From contig JAAUUB010000001.1 of the NCBI GenBank assembly GCA_012031215.1, positions 1 to 34,394 of the forward strand: a stretch of DNA of 34,394 nt. The letters are read 5' to 3'. This DNA is from Microscillaceae bacterium. GTDB lineage: Bacteria; Bacteroidota; Bacteroidia; Cytophagales; Microscillaceae. Numbering within the stretch: position 1 is the first letter of the stretch; every line of letters starts with the position of its first letter. Positions 13,171-22,430 of the stretch are shown in pieces. A program made the translations under genes and the position numbers. The notes beneath the pieces were generated by a model, which had not been told where the DNA came from, ran no database searches, and was given only the letters and a program-made list of their open reading frames with translations.

Positions 13171-13725
13171 AAAACCCTGCGCCTCCAAATTTTTGTCTGT
13201 TTTGGCGGGCTTTTCCTCTGCTCTCTCCGGCAGTTGGGCCGCACTCCAGGACAACAAGAATAGCAATAATAAGCTAATGAGCAGGGTTTGCAAAAAAGTG
13301 TAGGAGGATGGTGTTTGTTTGCTTTCATGCTTGGTTCAAGGTTTAGTGAATAGAAAACCAGTATTTTTTATTTTTATCTCATCGTGTAAGAATAGAACGG
13401 AATTCATATTTTAATCGGCCAATGACTTATTTCGTTCGGTAAAAGTAAAGCTTGCCGCGATGGGCCTTCCCTTTATAAGCTTCAGCCTTCTTTTCTTTTT
13501 GAAAAATTCTGTTTGTTGTTTTCCCTTTCTTTTGTCCGTTTTTTTAGAAAAATCAGGATAAGGATAGCACTTTTTCGGGTTCTTTAGTAAAATTACAACT
13601 ATAAGTGAGGAAAAAGCCCAACGGAGGAAGCACCCGCATTTTTGATGCGTAAGTTATGTTGGCCTGGAAACGCTTTTTTCGTATCAAATCGGTTTTTGCA
13701 AACGTTTTACTACAAATTTTGCCAG

Positions 13726-14243
13726 ATGATTGATTGGGAAAGAATTTATCCCGCATTGATGACCGATTTTAAGGGCGGACGGCTTGTACCACATCTGGCC
13801 ATTTTGTCGGGGGGGCTGATACTGGGCATTGTGCTGGAGGTTTTTTGGAGGCAGTCTCAGTTCTTTTTGCCCTATCGGCTTTGGGTGGGGTATTGGTAGA
13901 TTACCTGGCCTTTGGGCCAGAGATACTCGAGATTTTTACCAAAAACAAACCTTATCTTATCCGGGGTGTTTTGGCAAGAAAAATTCGCCGTCTGGTCAAT
14001 GACCGGGAAGGCGAGTTTGAGGAACTTTGGTTCGAAATCAACGTTCAGGAAGCACACACCCTCCACAAAACCGGGCTCAATCGGGCTCCTTTTTCCGAAA
14101 AAGAAGGCCTGCAAGAGGTAGAAGTGCCTGAATCTATGTTTTTGAGCCTCAAAGTGGGGCAGGAAGTCCTCCTTGTTTGCGCCCCGGACGATTATGTTTG
14201 GGGCATTGTGCGGGGCGATGAAGTAATTAATATTGAAAGCTAA
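13726..14243 (+). CDS. Hypothetical small membrane-associated protein. Either one gene frameshifted at the T6 run 13841-13846, or only ORF 13845..14243 is real.
   Basis: ATG at 13726 opens MIDWERIYPALMTDFKGGRLVPHLAILSGGLILGIVLEVF (hydrophobic helix). Adding one T joins it to ...LEAVSVLFALSALGGVLVDYLAF... and a ~100-aa soluble C-terminal region. No recognisable motif. Sits 11 nt upstream of the lipoprotein gene. Confidence 0.3.
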
Positions 14244-14254
14244 ACAAGGAATTT

Positions 14255-15082
14255 ATGTGGAAAATTTTTCTGGCCTTGTGTAGGCCATTACAACAGTTAT
14301 TTTTTCTAAGTATTGGGCTTTGGGCTTGTCAAAGCACGGTTGAAAGCGACCCGTCGGTGCTGGGCTATACTTTTTTCCCTTTGTTTGTGGGCCAATTTAT
14401 TGAGTATGAGGTAGAAGAGATTCAGTTCTCCCTTTCGGCCCCGCCCGACACCCTGCGCTACGAGTTGCGCGAATTTACCGAACGCTCCTTTTTAGATGTA
14501 GATGACGAGCTGGCCTTTCGGCTGGAACGCTACAAAAGAGCCAATGCCTCCCAAGCCTGGGAACTCGACTCGGTCTGGTTTGCCAAACGCACCCCCTTCT
14601 TTGCCCAAAAATCGGAAAACAACGCGCTTTTTAATAAATTGGCTTTTCCGGTACGGGAAGGACTTACCTGGCAAGGCAATGCGTTTAGCCCGATTGAGGG
14701 GGATACATCAGGCAATATCCCGGTGGTTCCCCGTATTTATGAAATGTTGCGCTTACGCCAACCACTTAGCACCAACAGTTTGAGCTTCCCTCAAACCCTT
14801 ACGGTTATTCAAAATAATATAAATGGCCAGGTGGGCCTTGATTTTCGGGCCGAGGTCTATGCCGAAAACGTGGGCCTGATAGAACTTTACAGTTGGCAAT
14901 TGAAATATCCGCTTTCCGGACTAAACAGCAATGACCCATTGGTGCTGACTTGCAATCCTATTCTGGACGATTTTCACAACAACGGGCTCGAGATCCCTCA
15001 GCCTGTTCCGGTTACAAATACTTGCATCTTATCTGGTCGCCTTTACACCCAAAAAATTATAAATTATGGTCAAATTCCTTAG
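14255..15082 (+). CDS. Hypothetical lipoprotein.
   Basis: 275 aa. Signal peptide with lipobox-like LWAC (MWKIFLALCRPLQQLFFLSIGLWACQS). No known domain recognised. Its 3' end overlaps the S8 protease start by 17 nt. Confidence 0.5.
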   Translation: MWKIFLALCRPLQQLFFLSIGLWACQSTVESDPSVLGYTFFPLFVGQFIEYEVEEIQFSLSAPPDTLRYELREFTERSFLDVDDELAFRLERYKRANASQAWELDSVWFAKRTPFFAQKSENNALFNKLAFPVREGLTWQGNAFSPIEGDTSGNIPVVPRIYEMLRLRQPLSTNSLSFPQTLTVIQNNINGQVGLDFRAEVYAENVGLIELYSWQLKYPLSGLNSNDPLVLTCNPILDDFHNNGLEIPQPVPVTNTCILSGRLYTQKIINYGQIP

Positions 15083-16554
15083 TTTTTCTTTGCTGACCTG
15101 TTTTCTGGCTGGCTTTGTCTATCATTTGCCCGCCCAGGAGCTTACTAAGCGTTATTTCGTTTCTTTTAAAGACAAAACCGGAACAGCTTACAGCCTGAAT
15201 AAGCCAGAGGACTTTCTATCCCCGCGGGCCATCGAGCGTCGTCAACGCTATCAGATTCCGGTGCTGGAGCGTGATTTGCCCGTTTCGGCTACTTATCTCA
15301 AAGCACTACAAAGCCAGGGGGCCACTGTCTGGTACGCTTCTAAATGGATGAACGGGGCTTTGATAGAAGCCGACAGCCTGACGCTGCTCAAAGTGCAAGC
15401 ACTTGATTTTGTCAAGCCCGAAGCACTTTTGGTGTATCCTAAAGCCAGCCAACCCTTGAAAAATGTAGGCATCAGGCCCTCCCCCAAGCCATTGGCCCGT
15501 TTTAATCCTTTGCTGATTGAAAAAGCCGAAGATTATGGCAAAGCCCGCAACCAAACCGAAATGATTGGGGCCGACGAGATGCACAAAGCTGGCTATCGGG
15601 GCCAGGGGATGCTCATTGCCGTCTTTGATGCCGGCTTCCTCAATGCAGATAAGCTTTCTTTTTTTCAGCACCTTTTCAAGCATGGCCAAATATTAGGCAC
15701 TTATGATTTTGTAGAAGGGGATGAAGGGGTATATGAAACGGGCGACCACGGCACCAAAGTGCTTTCTACCATCGCGGCCTACAAAAAAGGAGAGATGATT
15801 GGCACCGCTCCCGAAGCTTTTTTCTTTTTGTTTCGCACCGAAGATACCCGTACCGAATATAGGGTAGAAGAGGTCAACTGGCTCATTGCCGCCGAAAAAG
15901 CCGATAGTGCCGGCGTAGATGTCATCAATTCTTCCCTGGGCTATACCACTTTTGATGATGCCAAGATGGACTATTCTTATCAAACCCTAAACGGCAAAAC
16001 TTCCTTTATTACCCTAGCCGCTGAATTGGCCGCCCAGACGGGCATGTTGGTAGTCAACAGTGCGGGCAATGAGGGCAGTGGCGATTGGCGCTATGTAGGT
16101 ACACCCGCCGACGCGCCCTCTATTTTGTCCGTCGGAGCGGTTGATAGCCAGGGGGGCTATGCTTATTTTAGCTCGGTAGGACCCACTGCCGATGGACGTA
16201 TCAAGCCCAATGTCTCGGCACGCGGGTCGGGGACGTACGGTAGGAGCTCCCGGCGATTACATCTCCACTTCCAGCGGCACTTCTTTTTCTGCACCCACAA
16301 TAGCGGGCTTTGCGGCCGCTTTTTGGCAGGCTAATCCTCAACTGCGCAATGCAGAAGTTATTCGGGCTTTGGAGGCCAGCGCTAGCCAGGCGGAAAATCC
16401 AGATGTATTTTTGGGGCACGGAATTCCTAACTTTAAAAAAGCCCAGGAATGGGTCAAGAAACAAGAAGGCGGGCCGGGCTTGAAAGGAACCCAGGAAACC
16501 TTGCCCGAAACAAAGCCCAACCCACGCCCGGAAAAAGAAAAGAAAAAGAACTAG
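15066..16554 (+). CDS. Subtilisin-like serine peptidase (family S8) with an N-terminal propeptide. Frameshifted by one extra base near 16233-16243.
   Basis: Catalytic triad contexts: AVFDAGF (Asp), DHGTKVLSTIAA (His) and, in the second frame, GTSFSAPTIAGFAAAFWQA (Ser). ORF 15066..16334 reads KPNVSARGSG, then ORF 16192.. reads TVGAPGDYISTSSGTSFSAP. Confidence 0.75.
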
Positions 16555-16580
16555 CGAGTACTTATGGAGAATATTTTTTG

Positions 16581-16615
16581 AAACCGGAAGCCAATCCAGG
16601 CCTTCCGGTTTTTTA
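16581..16615. terminator. Bidirectional intrinsic terminator between the convergent S8 peptidase and cytochrome c peroxidase genes.
   Basis: aaaccggaag-(11 nt loop)-cttccggttt, a 10-bp stem, flanked by an A-rich run on the 5' side and a T run on the 3' side. Confidence 0.55.
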
Positions 16616-16646
16616 TCGAGTTTCTGCTGCCAAACCTGCGCTTTGC

Positions 16647-17786
16647 TCAAGGGCGGTTGGGGGCTACAAAAGGATTGCTAAATCTAGGGTCTTGAATAAA
16701 AGTAGAATCGGTGAGAAGATGTAAAAACAGCAATATATCTTCTTTTTCCTCTTCGGTCAGGGCCAGGGATTGGCCCTCAGGCTCGTTGGTAGCTTCCATA
16801 ATGAGCGGATCCAGGTTGGGGCTGGCCTGGATGTGTTCGTTGTAATGGTCTAAGACCTCGCGCAGGGTCTTGAACCGGCCATCGTGCATGTAGGGGGCTG
16901 TTAAGGCGATGTTGCGAAGCGAAGGAGCCCGCATTTTGCCTTTGTCATAGGCCTGGCCCGTAACTAAGGCCCGGCCTTCATCTTGGGGCTGGGCCTCCAG
17001 GCCGTTGTCGTGAAAAGTATGGAGGGTAGTCAGGTGGCTGCCGTGGCAGTCGCCACAATTGCCCCCCCGCAGATTGGCCTCAGGCACAGGGTGGGTCATA
17101 AAGAGATTGATGGCCCGCAGCTCTCTTTCGGAGGCCTGCACCTCGCCCCTCACTATCTGGTCATAACGGGAATTGGCCGAAATCAGGGTGCGCTCAAATT
17201 GAGCCAGGGCTTTCAGGATATGTTCGGGCCTAATCTGTCGGGAGCCAAAGGCTTTGCGAAACAGGGGGGGATACAAAGCCGTGGCTTGTAGCCGAAGGGC
17301 CGCATCCTGAATACTGAGGCCCATTTCGCGGGGGTTTTGTATCGGCACAAGGGCTTGGGTCTCTAGGCTTTTGGCACGGCCATCCCAAAAAAAGGAATTG
17401 TTCCAGAGTAAATTGACCAGCGACATTGCGCTTCGGTCGGAAAGATGACCCTTGATGCCCCTACTAAATGCCTGCCCATCCGTAAAAGCCCGCGCCTGTT
17501 CGTGGCAAGAGGCACAGCTAAGGGTAGTATCGCCGGAGAGCAAAGGCTCATAAAAAAGCATCCGGCCCAGGGCTACGGCCTCCGGATGCATCGGATTGTC
17601 TGCCGGGATGTTGTACAAATTGCCAAAATGAGTTGGCGTGGCAAAAGTATCTGCCTTTTTGGAGGGCAGTGCCGTTTTATAAGTACAAGCATACACGACA
17701 CCCATCCACAAGCCTAGACTAAGCCCGACAAAATAAGATTGCGTTGCATAAAATGATGGTACTTCCTGAGTTGTATAACCTTTCAA
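16647..17786 (-). CDS. Di-heme cytochrome c peroxidase (CCP/MauG family).
   Basis: Two CxxCH motifs (CASCH and CGDCH). Conserved CCP blocks PIQNPREMG and APYMHDG. N-terminal signal, possibly a lipoprotein (VVYAC). The true start may be an internal Met. Confidence 0.8.
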   Translation of the reverse strand: MKGYTTQEVPSFYATQSYFVGLSLGLWMGVVYACTYKTALPSKKADTFATPTHFGNLYNIPADNPMHPEAVALGRMLFYEPLLSGDTTLSCASCHEQARAFTDGQAFSRGIKGHLSDRSAMSLVNLLWNNSFFWDGRAKSLETQALVPIQNPREMGLSIQDAALRLQATALYPPLFRKAFGSRQIRPEHILKALAQFERTLISANSRYDQIVRGEVQASERELRAINLFMTHPVPEANLRGGNCGDCHGSHLTTLHTFHDNGLEAQPQDEGRALVTGQAYDKGKMRAPSLRNIALTAPYMHDGRFKTLREVLDHYNEHIQASPNLDPLIMEATNEPEGQSLALTEEEKEDILLFLHLLTDSTFIQDPRFSNPFVAPNRP

Positions 17787-17807
17787 ACCCGGGCAAAAGT
17801 TTAGTTC

Positions 17808-18218
17808 CTAAGCCTTTAAAAGCACAGCAGTGCCATACATTTGAAGGTAAAACTCCGAATTGTCATTCAGAATGTCGGTTTCGTAGCGCATCCCCACCAC
17901 GGCATTGCCTCCAAAAAGGCGGGTTTTTCGCTTTAATTCTTCCAGGGCAACATAAAATGCCCTTTCCATTCTCCGCCCCGTAAGGTCGAGCAATAATTCT
18001 TTTTTACGGCTGAGCAGCACTACCTCTTCGTCAGAAGCTTCCCGTCCTAGGATTCCTTTGGCCTGCAGGTCTTCAATAAAGGACTGGTATTCTTTTTCCA
18101 ATTTTTCGGCATGATTTTTTAGGATACCCCGGTTAGAAATCTGCACAAACACGGGGCTGAGGATGTCGTAGGCTTGTGCAAGGTCGTTCGTCGTAACAAT
18201 TACCGCTTGGTCGTTCAT
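17808..18218 (-). CDS. YbjQ/UPF0145 (DUF74) family protein.
   Basis: 136 aa. Family-typical FGGNAVVGMRYETD and C-terminal YGTAV. Lies 21 nt downstream of the peroxidase gene on the same strand, so probably co-transcribed. Confidence 0.6.
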   Translation of the reverse strand: MNDQAVIVTTNDLAQAYDILSPVFVQISNRGILKNHAEKLEKEYQSFIEDLQAKGILGREASDEEVVLLSRKKELLLDLTGRRMERAFYVALEELKRKTRLFGGNAVVGMRYETDILNDNSEFYLQMYGTAVLLKA

Positions 18219-18297
18219 ACGGATTAAAAATTTGATTTCTGATTCAAAATAAGTTTAACTTTAAAAGCCGATTGTTGGTTGAATTTATCCTTTTTTT

Positions 18298-19365
18298 ATG
18301 AAAAAACATAAAAAACTTAAGCTCCAGGCGGGCCTACCCCCCGGTACGCTTCAATATGTGGGAGAAGCTAAAAATTCTTCGGTACGTATCACCGTCATTG
18401 ATTATGATCCCGAAAATATCGAGGAAAGGCACATAGAGGATATACGCGAAGTCTATGATTATAAGGAAAAAAGCAGTGTAACCTGGATAAATATTGACGG
18501 CATCCACGATGTCCAGATTGTCAAAACGCTGGGGATGTACTACAATCTGCACCCTTTGCTTCAGGAAGACATTGTGGATACCGAACAAAGGCCAAAAGTA
18601 GATTTTTTTGAAGATAATATTTTTGTGGTGCTTCACATGCTAAGCTATCACCCGGAGCGCCGCCGGGTGGTAGAGGAGCAGGTGAGCCTGGTGCTGGGCG
18701 AGAATTATCTTTTGTCGTTTCAGGAAGACAAAGAAGGGGATGTCTTTGGCTCTATCCGGCAGCGCCTCCACAGCAAAACCCGGGGAAAGATTCGCAACAC
18801 GGGCTCGGCCTATCTTTTTTATTTGCTCATTGACACCATCGTGGATAATTATTTTGTGGTGCTGGACAGCGTGGCCGAAAACCTGGAAAACCTGGAAGAA
18901 GAAATCATCCGCCAAAATGCCCCCCGAGACCCCACTCGCGACCTCTATAACATGAAACGTCAACTCACGATGGTGCGCAAGGCCGTCCGCCCTATGCGCG
19001 ACATTGTTACCCAGCTCATTCGTGAGGAGGCTAAATTTCTGGAATCAGATAATTTTTATCTGCGCGACCTGTATGACCACGTGGTGCAGGTGAGCGACAA
19101 TACGGATTCCTATATCGATGTGGTGAGCAACCTACTCGACCTCTATCTGAGCATCATTGGCCACAAAACCAATGATGTGATGAAAGTATTGACCATTTTC
19201 TCCACGATATTTATGCCTTTGACCTTCATCGTGGGGGTATATGGGATGAATTTTGAACATATGCCCGAACTGCACGCACAGAATGGGTATTTTGTGGTCT
19301 GGGGCGTGATGATAGTCATTTCCATTCTGACTTATATCTTTTTTAAGCGCAAGAAGTGGCTATAA
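18298..19365 (+). CDS. corA: CorA-family Mg2+/Co2+ transporter.
   Basis: 355 aa. Two C-terminal TM helices with the YGMNF (GMN) signature followed by MPEL. Confidence 0.85.
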   Translation: MKKHKKLKLQAGLPPGTLQYVGEAKNSSVRITVIDYDPENIEERHIEDIREVYDYKEKSSVTWINIDGIHDVQIVKTLGMYYNLHPLLQEDIVDTEQRPKVDFFEDNIFVVLHMLSYHPERRRVVEEQVSLVLGENYLLSFQEDKEGDVFGSIRQRLHSKTRGKIRNTGSAYLFYLLIDTIVDNYFVVLDSVAENLENLEEEIIRQNAPRDPTRDLYNMKRQLTMVRKAVRPMRDIVTQLIREEAKFLESDNFYLRDLYDHVVQVSDNTDSYIDVVSNLLDLYLSIIGHKTNDVMKVLTIFSTIFMPLTFIVGVYGMNFEHMPELHAQNGYFVVWGVMIVISILTYIFFKRKKWL

Positions 19366-19443
19366 AGGGCAAATTGTTAAATTTTCGGCTAAACCTGCGT
19401 TTTCACCTATCTTTGTACTTACAAACGTTCGCGAAATGGTTGA

Positions 19444-20448
19444 ATGAATCACCCTTTGAAAATGGATTTAACTTCGGAAGTAAAAATAGATTACCACGCC
19501 AAAATAAGACAAGTCTTTCGGGAGATGCGGCGGGTCGTCATCGGGCAGGATTATGTCATTAATCGGCTCCTGATTGGCTTGTTCACTAATGGACATATTT
19601 TGCTGGAAGGGGTGCCGGGCCTGGCCAAGACCCTCACTGTCAACACCTTGGCCAAGGTGCTCAATCTCAAATTTCAACGCTTGCAATTTACTCCTGATCT
19701 GCTGCCTTCCGACCTGATTGGCACGATGATTTATAACCAGAAAGAGGCCGATTTTCAGGTAAAAAAGGGGCCTATCTTTGCCAATCTGATTCTGGCCGAT
19801 GAGGTCAATCGCTCTCCGGCCAAAGTGCAGTCGGCACTGCTGGAAGCCATGCAGGAAAAACAGGTAACCATTGGCGAAACTACCTACAAACTGGACAAGC
19901 CCTTTTTGGTACTCGCCACCCAAAACCCCATTGAGCACGAAGGAACCTACCCCTTGCCCGAAGCCCAGATAGACCGCTTTATGATGAAAATCCACGTCAG
20001 CTACCTAAGCAAAGAACTCGAGCTGGAGGTAATGCGCCAAATGTCAAATATGAATTTTAAAGCAGAGATAAGCCCCGTGCTCAATCGGGAGGAAATATTT
20101 GCCATCCGGGACGAAATCAACCAGGTCAGTGTATCTGAATCGCTGGAACGGTATATGATCGAACTGGTCAATGCCACCCGCACCCCCCTCCTATATGGGC
20201 TGAGAAATGAGGCGCATTTTGTGCAATATGGGGTCTCGACGCGGGCCTGCATTGACCTGCACCGCGCCGCCAAAGCCCTGGCGTATATGGATGAGCGCAA
20301 TTACGTCCTGCCCGAAGACATCAAAGAGGTGGCCAATGATGTGTTCAATCATCGCATTTCGCTCAATTACGAAGCCGAAGCCGAAGGCATTACCTCCTCG
20401 CAGGTGGTGGCCAGCATTTTGCAAAACGTACCCATCAATAAAGATTAG
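19444..20448 (+). CDS. MoxR-family AAA+ ATPase.
   Basis: 334 aa. Walker A (LLEGVPGLAKT), Walker B (ILADEVNRSPAKVQSALLEAMQE), and MoxR-typical LATQNPIEHEGTYPLPEAQIDRF. Confidence 0.85.
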   Translation: MNHPLKMDLTSEVKIDYHAKIRQVFREMRRVVIGQDYVINRLLIGLFTNGHILLEGVPGLAKTLTVNTLAKVLNLKFQRLQFTPDLLPSDLIGTMIYNQKEADFQVKKGPIFANLILADEVNRSPAKVQSALLEAMQEKQVTIGETTYKLDKPFLVLATQNPIEHEGTYPLPEAQIDRFMMKIHVSYLSKELELEVMRQMSNMNFKAEISPVLNREEIFAIRDEINQVSVSESLERYMIELVNATRTPLLYGLRNEAHFVQYGVSTRACIDLHRAAKALAYMDERNYVLPEDIKEVANDVFNHRISLNYEAEAEGITSSQVVASILQNVPINKD

Positions 20449-20628
20449 CGCTTTGGCACTCTTTGAGGAAGCAGCCATCTCAAGAGGGCCAAAAAACCCG
20501 CCGATTGTGTATCAAAATTGAGAAATTTCTTTTCAATTTTGTCAAGGATAAGTTTATTCCGGGCAAACACTGGTTTAGACTAAGATTTTCATATTTTTTG
20601 GCAAACTGTCCCACAATTATTAAAGCAA

Positions 20629-22329
20629 ATGACCCATCATTATTTCCTGATTTTCTTCGGCTTCTATGGCATCCTCATCCTGCTTTTGGTGCTTGTCTGG
20701 CAGTTTATGCGTCGGCTACGATTACCCCGCCGTTCCGTCAGTATCTTATATGTTTTGGCAATGTTGCTTTGCTTTGTAGGGATGGGCTATATACGAGCTC
20801 CCTGGTTCAATCTTTTTGAGCAAGCCGACCTCATCAATAAAAGAGGAGAACTGGTAACGGCCCTGCGGACCTTCGAGATAGAAAAACCCGGCAAAAAAAA
20901 TATCAAAATAGAAGCCGGTGATTTAGTACAGGCTTCCGATATAGCGTATTTGCGCCAATCAGGCCAGTTGAAAAAGCTGGTCAAAGAATTAGGAGCAGAA
21001 AATACCGTGCTGAGGGTCATCAAAGTCCGGGAGCAAATTAATCTGATTTTCAAATCCTTGCCTATTCTGCTGGTGGCCTACCTGATTAATAGCCTGCTGG
21101 GCTTTTTTCTCTGGCACGGTCTCTGGCTGGATGAAGACGGGGAGCCACTTGTGCCCGCAATTCTGCGCCAGATGTCGGCGGTGCTCATTTATCTCATTTC
21201 CATTACCATTGTCATTGCTATTTTGGCCCCCAGCCTGCTCAGTGGTTTTCTTACTACCCTGGGCACATCAGGTGCCATTGCTGCCTTTCTGGGGCAGGAG
21301 CCTATCAAGCAGGCATTTACCGCTTTGTCTCTCAACATAAATAAAAATATTCGCAAGGGCGACCGCGTAGAGGTAATGGGGCATTCGGGCATTGTTCGGG
21401 AAATAGGCTGGAAATCTATCAAACTGACTACCATTGACCACAACCTGCTCACCATTCCCAATACGCTTTTGGTCAATAATATCCATACCAATTATTCTAA
21501 GCCCGATAGAGAGAGCCTCACCAAAATCTTGGTTACGGTACGCGAACAAGCCCCCCGGATAAGGTGAAACGGCTTTTGACGCAGGCCGCACAGGATTCAG
21601 AACTGGTGGAAGGCACTCCCGTCGTCAGTTTGCTGGAAGTAAAAGACTTCCGGGCCGAATATCAGATAGAGGTAAACACGGCCGAGAACAACCCCGACCG
21701 TGTACGCAATGAAGTCCTCTCGGCGGTTTGGTATATGCTGCGCCGCGAAAAACTACATCCAACTGCCAAATCCAATGAGCTATTGCTGAACCATCCCGTA
21801 GAGAAGGCCAAAGAACTTATCAACAGTGTGCCGATTTTGCAAGCTTTTACCGAAGAGGAGGACCAACTTCTGGCCGAAAACGCCGATTGGCTGCGCTATG
21901 GCTACCCGGAGCGAGTCGTGAAACAGGGAGAGACAGATGCCGCGCTCTACATCGTGGCCGATGGTGCCATGAGTGTGCTGGTGAAACAGGAAAACGGGGA
22001 AAAGATTGAAGTGGCACAACTGGCAAAAACGCCATCTTTGGCGAAATGGCCCTCCTGACGGGCGAGCCCGCAAGGCCACCGTGCGGGCTATGAGCGAAGT
22101 ATTGCTTTGCCGAATTTCCAAAGAAGCTATCCGCCCCATTTTGCTCAACCGACAAGCCATTCTCAAAGAAATGAGCGAAAAAATGGCGGAAAATCAAATG
22201 GAAAATGAAAAAATACTTGCCGATGCCGATACCAAAAACCAGCAGAAAGAGGGGGTGGCCAATAGATTGCTGAATTTGATGCGCAACTTTTTGTACGAAG
22301 ATGCCCCAGAAACCACCAAAAAAGTATAG
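20629..22329 (+). CDS. MscS-family mechanosensitive channel fused to a C-terminal cyclic-nucleotide-binding (cNMP) domain. Interrupted by three 1-nt homopolymer frameshifts: C6 at 21551-21556, A5 at 22025-22029, C3 at 22067-22069.
   Basis: N-terminal TM helices and the MscS beta domain (GDRVEVMGHSGIVREIGWKSIKLTTIDHNLLTIPNTLLVNNIHTNYS). Adding one base at each of the three runs gives ...APPDKVKRLL..., then ...VAQLAKNAIFGEMALLTGEPRKATVRAMSEVLLCRISKEA, a canonical cNMP-binding phosphate-binding cassette. Confidence 0.65.
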
Positions 22330-22430
22330 CCAGTTCAAAAACCGGCTTCGGATTTTACTCAGGTGCTTTGGAATAGGGCTGTGGATGGCTTGGGGGGGCT
22401 GCCCAAGCACAAACGCCAAGGCAAAAACAG

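Noticed and set aside
13171-13289. Perfect 9-bp inverted repeat aaaccctgc ... gcagggttt flanking about 100 nt just downstream of ispB.
   Set aside because: A 9-mer inverted match within 100 nt is expected about ten times by chance in 34 kb. The arms do not extend, and no T-tract or other structure supports a terminator or element.
13122-13328. Cys-rich 68-aa minus-strand ORF (CxxC...CxxCC) overlapping the ispB 3' end.
   Set aside because: Overlaps 49 nt of the ispB coding sequence. Arg/Pro-rich composition with no start context. Most likely spurious.
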